Below are positions 16,334-19,566 of a stretch of DNA of 19,566 nt, one piece after another. The translations under genes were made by a program, and so were the position numbers. Source of the stretch: Promethearchaeota archaeon (lineage in GTDB: Archaea; Asgardarchaeota; Thorarchaeia; Thorarchaeales; Thorarchaeaceae); the NCBI GenBank assembly GCA_014728035.1, contig WJMJ01000027.1:1-19566 (forward strand). The letters run 5' to 3'. The notes beneath the pieces are model-generated. The model did no database searches. It was given only the letters and a program-made list of their open reading frames with translations, and was not told the DNA's origin. Within the stretch, counting starts at the first letter, position 1. Every line of letters begins with the position of its first letter.

Positions 16334-16738
16334 ATGAAGATGTTTGACAGAGCAACTCGTATGAAATTGCGGTTCGCCACCGAGAAGGGTAACATCACAA
16401 CCGAGGATGTCTGGGAGCTTCCGCTTATTGGTGATAATGACATGTCTTTGGATGCCATTGCCAAAAGAGTAAGTAAAGAGATTAAAGAAGGAGACGAAGA
16501 GAGTTTTGTTGAGGCCGCTAAGCCCAATCCTGAGATGATTAAAAACAAGCTCAGATTGGACATCATTAAGCATATCATCAAGGTTAAACTTGATGAAAAA
16601 GAAAGCGCTAAGAAGAGAGCAGATCGCAAGGAACGCAAAGAAAAGCTTCTTCGCGCCATTGCTGCTAAGCAGGATGAATCATTGCAGCAGGCATCTCTTG
16701 AGGAACTTCAAGCAATGGTTGATGAGCTTGATGAATGA
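16334..16738 (+). CDS. Coiled-coil phage protein, likely partner of the upstream large gene
   Basis: AGGAG SD; MFDRATRMKLRF.T.KG.ITTEDVWELPL..LDAIAK..EESFV. Confidence 0.85.
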   Translation: MKMFDRATRMKLRFATEKGNITTEDVWELPLIGDNDMSLDAIAKRVSKEIKEGDEESFVEAAKPNPEMIKNKLRLDIIKHIIKVKLDEKESAKKRADRKERKEKLLRAIAAKQDESLQQASLEELQAMVDELDE

Positions 16739-17060
16739 ATTTGATGGATATGTAGAGTATTATCGCCAGAATTATAGGAAGATCCATCGCAAAGATGTGT
16801 TGATTAACAGAAGAACACCTGTTGGTGAACCAGCATTGTTCTATGAGCGAAAGCCGTTTGGTGGCAAGCGTGAATTTGATCCATTATTAGACATCCAAGA
16901 TGGGTCAATACGCTATTGCTTTAAGAAAAGTCATGACTGGGACCACAACCGATGGGAATTTTATTTGTGCCCAGAACTAAAATCTTTTCTTATAGATAGT
17001 CAAATCGAAGTTTGTGAATATGCTTGTGATGGCACGTTTTTGATATTAACTGGAGGATAA
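16731..17060 (+). CDS. Hypothetical protein (start revised to ATG 16731)
   Basis: Overlaps the upstream stop; MNEFDGYVEYY... Confidence 0.7.
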   Translation: MNEFDGYVEYYRQNYRKIHRKDVLINRRTPVGEPALFYERKPFGGKREFDPLLDIQDGSIRYCFKKSHDWDHNRWEFYLCPELKSFLIDSQIEVCEYACDGTFLILTGG

Positions 17061-17061
17061 G

Positions 17062-17157
17062 ATGCTTGATGGTCCAAATGCCGATGGAACTTGGGGATGC
17101 TTGATATTCTTCGTCGTTGGTTTCGGAATCCTTCTTAATATAATTATTTGTGCTTGA
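17062..17157 (+). CDS. 31-aa single-pass membrane microprotein (not in the ORF track)
   Basis: GGAGG SD at 17052-17056; MLDGPNADGTWGCLIFFVVGFGILLNIIICA*. Confidence 0.55.
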   Translation: MLDGPNADGTWGCLIFFVVGFGILLNIIICA

Positions 17158-17178
17158 ACACAGATAGTGTGAGAAAAC

Positions 17179-17220
17179 ATGCATTTGATTGAAACACTCA
17201 AACGATTGGACGGCTATTAA
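17179..17220 (+). pseudogene. 13-codon mini-ORF homologous to the first 13 codons of the adjacent pyrE-like gene
   Basis: MHLIETLKRLDGY* versus MDLLDTLRALNGY(W): 7/13 identical; TAA-C-ATG junction. Confidence 0.65.
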
Positions 17221-17221
17221 C

Positions 17222-18076
17222 ATGGATTTGTTGGACACTCTACGCGCCTTAAACGGGTATTGGCACTACGAGGGTGGTCGTTATCTGGCCAAGCTCACTT
17301 CAGGCAAGATCAGCGATACGTTTTGCAATATGGGAGTTCTGACCTGTCGTCCTTCGTCACTTTCATTGGCCGCGTCTGGACTGATTCGTAAATTGAATGA
17401 TGCAGTGGATGGAGATCAGCAAGATTTCTACGTCTGCGGTCCTGCAATGGGTGGGGTGACTCTTGCATACGAGGTTGCCCGACAGCTTGGCGGCACGGCG
17501 ATCTACACTGAACCGGTGTATGAGGCGCAATCTCGTGTGGAAAACATTGACTTCAAGAATGTAGCCGAAATACCTGAAGGCGGCTTTTCGATTGGCGGCG
17601 TCGGGACGGTGGTTCCGCAAGTATATACGACTGGACAAGCACTCAAACGCTTCGAAATTCCAGAAGGTGCGACGGTGCTGTTCGTTGAGGATGTGATTAC
17701 TAGCGGCAAGACTGTCTTTAATATGGTTGAATCCGTCGTTAAACATCGTCCATATGTAACTGATACGATCACTATTCTGCCCTATGTACTGTGCTTGGTT
17801 AATCTTAGCGGTCATACGCACAGTGGTGTTGGCCACACAGCGTTTTCTGGTGCTTTGTCAACGCATGGTCTTGAGATTATATCTCTGGCCGACGTCAAAG
17901 CACGAACGTGGAATACAATTACGGAGGCGACCGTCGAACTGTGCGTGAAGTGTGACGAGACAAACAACCCACCTGAAGTCACAGCTAGGAACGAAATGCA
18001 TGTAGAGATCGATCCGTTCTTAAAGTTGGAAGCTGTGTGTCCTAAGTACAATTGGGATTTATTAATGAATGCATGA
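17222..18076 (+). CDS. pyrE: Orotate phosphoribosyltransferase-like type I PRTase with loop insertion
   Basis: LTSGKISDTF, VCGPAMGGVTLAYEVARQLG and PRPP-binding VLFVEDVITSGKT. Start revised to ATG 17222. Confidence 0.8.
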   Translation: MDLLDTLRALNGYWHYEGGRYLAKLTSGKISDTFCNMGVLTCRPSSLSLAASGLIRKLNDAVDGDQQDFYVCGPAMGGVTLAYEVARQLGGTAIYTEPVYEAQSRVENIDFKNVAEIPEGGFSIGGVGTVVPQVYTTGQALKRFEIPEGATVLFVEDVITSGKTVFNMVESVVKHRPYVTDTITILPYVLCLVNLSGHTHSGVGHTAFSGALSTHGLEIISLADVKARTWNTITEATVELCVKCDETNNPPEVTARNEMHVEIDPFLKLEAVCPKYNWDLLMNA

Positions 18077-18084
18077 GGTGCATA

Positions 18085-18255
18085 ATGTGTGATCAAGAAG
18101 AACAAGATTTCGAAAATGAATATTGTAATAACAATACTAACCGTGTTGTCGAGTTAGAGAATGCTCTTGCGTGTTGTGTTGAGCTACTCCAGAAGCTTGA
18201 CGACATAGGTGGTTTTATGGGTCTGGCTGTTACGGCGGAGCAGCAGTGGTCATAG
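18085..18255 (+). CDS. Hypothetical protein (start revised to ATG 18085)
   Basis: GAGGTG SD; MCDQEEQDF... Confidence 0.55.
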   Translation: MCDQEEQDFENEYCNNNTNRVVELENALACCVELLQKLDDIGGFMGLAVTAEQQWS

Positions 18256-18398
18256 ATACGCCTTACGGCGAACTTCAGACTTCTATCAGTCTCAACAACA
18301 CACGCAGCCTGACCCCCGGTGACATGGTTCAGCTCATTAAGGTCCCAGCAACAGATGTTCGTGGAAAGCCAACACTAACCTGGGAAATGAAAGGATAA
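18246..18398 (+). CDS. 50-aa hypothetical protein or gene remnant (not in the ORF track)
   Basis: GTG start 5 nt after GGAG; (M)VIDTPYGELQTS...LTPGDMVQLIKV...WEMKG*. The frame is open from 18201. Confidence 0.45.
   Translation: MVIDTPYGELQTSISLNNTRSLTPGDMVQLIKVPATDVRGKPTLTWEMKG
18379..18396 (+). repeat. 18-bp direct repeat, copy 1 (CCTGGGAAATGAAAGGAT)
   Basis: Exact match to 18765-18782; contains the SD for ORF 18401. Confidence 0.9.
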
Positions 18399-18400
18399 TC

Positions 18401-18742
18401 ATGAGCATCAGTACAAGAGCGGAAGCAACGAAGAAGGCAGAGGCTTTAAAGTCTCGGCTTCAGGGTCAGGGATGGAAGATTCGTGTTTGGGAGAATATCG
18501 GTTGGCATTACTCCATTGAGAACACCCACTGTAATCTTACAGTTTCTGAGTTTATTGGGAAATTCGGAGTCTCCTTATCTGATGAGAGAGGATATCCTGG
18601 AGACCCGGCGTTCTGGCATGATTCCGATGACTATCGAGACGATCCCAATGAGGCGATTCGTGTGAAGCTACAGCATTGCCGTGAATTCGTTGACAACATG
18701 GACGTTATTGTCACTGAAGCCTCAAGAGCATTTCATGGTTGA
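18401..18742 (+). CDS. Hypothetical protein
   Basis: 113 aa, AAGGA SD; GWKIRVWENIGWHYS. Confidence 0.8.
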   Translation: MSISTRAEATKKAEALKSRLQGQGWKIRVWENIGWHYSIENTHCNLTVSEFIGKFGVSLSDERGYPGDPAFWHDSDDYRDDPNEAIRVKLQHCREFVDNMDVIVTEASRAFHG

Positions 18743-18764
18743 TCAAGAAGTTATTCCAACGTGG

Positions 18765-18782
18765 CCTGGGAAATGAAAGGAT
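18765..18782 (+). repeat. 18-bp direct repeat, copy 2 (CCTGGGAAATGAAAGGAT)
   Basis: Exact match to 18379-18396. Confidence 0.9.
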
Positions 18783-18849
18783 GCAAATATTTATGGCATA
18801 AGATAAACATTGTAAAGCTGCTTCCACAAACACTTTAGGAGGAAAACGA

Positions 18850-19155
18850 ATGAGTCGAAAGCCGAACGTGCAAGATCCACCAAAAGAAAAAGTTGATCCA
18901 AAACCGGAAAGTGAGGACACCCCGGTCAAGAAGACCAGGAAAAAGCGGGGTCGGCCAAAAAAGGAGACCAAGGAGACCCCTAAGCGGTATATCATTGTGG
19001 ATGAAGAAAATGCCTGCATGATCACGGCCGAGGAAAACCTAGCAGAGGCATATGCGTCCATGAAGCCAGATTCCGACACCCACGTGCAGGTATACGCCCT
19101 CGGCAAAGAGGTGACCATTAAGTGGCAATGCGTCATCGAAGAAAAGGAGGGATGA
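18850..19155 (+). CDS. Basic protein with an AT-hook motif
   Basis: AGGAGG SD; KKTRKKRGRPKK. Confidence 0.75.
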   Translation: MSRKPNVQDPPKEKVDPKPESEDTPVKKTRKKRGRPKKETKETPKRYIIVDEENACMITAEENLAEAYASMKPDSDTHVQVYALGKEVTIKWQCVIEEKEG

Positions 19156-19566
19156 ATGCTGAAATGCAGTAAATGTGGCAATGACAAAAGATTTCTAGGT
19201 ATGGCTAGCACAAGAATCATTGTCACTCTTGATGGGCATGGTAAAGTAATAGATCCCAGGCCCACAGAACAGGTTCTGGACGAATTCACGGATATAACAC
19301 CAAAACTTCAGATCGATGACCCCCGCATCGTCGGTAAGATCCTCCGAGAATCTCTCTACACAGATATCGTTCGGGCTATTGTCCGCGAATACACGACCAA
19401 CGCCGTCGACGCAAACATCGAAGCCGCAACGAGGACATCCCTCTCTTCATTCATATACCCACATCTCTTGAGCCGCAGTGGTGGGTTGAGGACCGAGGAA
19501 TCGGCATCACACCCGATCGTGTCGAAAAGATTTTCGTCCGCTACGGAGCTTCTACGAAGCGCGAAC
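19156..19566 (+). pseudogene. rIIA: Zinc-ribbon N-terminus fused to an rIIA-like GHKL ATPase, frameshifted near 19426, running off the window
   Basis: AGGAGG SD; MLKCSKCGND...ILRESLYTDIVRAIVREYTTNAVDANIEA, then in the -1 frame NEDIPLFIHIPTSLEPQWWVEDRGIGITPDRVEKIFVRYGASTKRE (N box, DxGxG and STK motifs of rIIA). Confidence 0.8.

Noticed and set aside
18711-19289. 192-aa minus-strand ORF and the other minus-strand ORFs (e.g. 3197..3733, 3846..4265, 16324..16659, 17363..17836)
   Set aside because: Antisense shadows of well-supported plus-strand genes, with no motifs or SDs.
1-19566. Stop-codon reassignment (alternative genetic code)
   Set aside because: Long genes are intact under code 11, and TAA, TAG and TGA all end genes at tight junctions.

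Overview
AT-rich, densely coding window with every credible gene on the + strand. It looks like part of a large T4-like (myovirus/jumbo) phage genome, based on a gp13-type neck protein, Hef/Vsr-like free-standing endonucleases and an rIIA-type GHKL ATPase. The left 5 kb holds the most unusual module. The N-terminal ~107 aa of a neck protein is fused to a 134-aa mini-intein/Hint domain that stops at the penultimate His (ILVH-stop), so there is no terminal Asn and no C-extein in the window. It sits between two large genes that each combine W-x-D-x-E-[YF]-[RK] repeat arrays, a Vsr-like nuclease domain and a GNAT/Mom-like domain, and the second gene's Shine-Dalgarno lies in a perfect 20-bp palindrome. 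The remainder is an accessory array of about 35 small, often CxxC-rich ORFs, plus a short UDP-glucose dehydrogenase, a 673-aa/134-aa gene pair, a pyrE-like phosphoribosyltransferase and a frameshifted rIIA fragment running off the right edge. Several frameshift, duplication and recombination scars are visible. No tRNA, rRNA or CRISPR array was seen. All family calls come from motifs recognised by eye; no database search was run.
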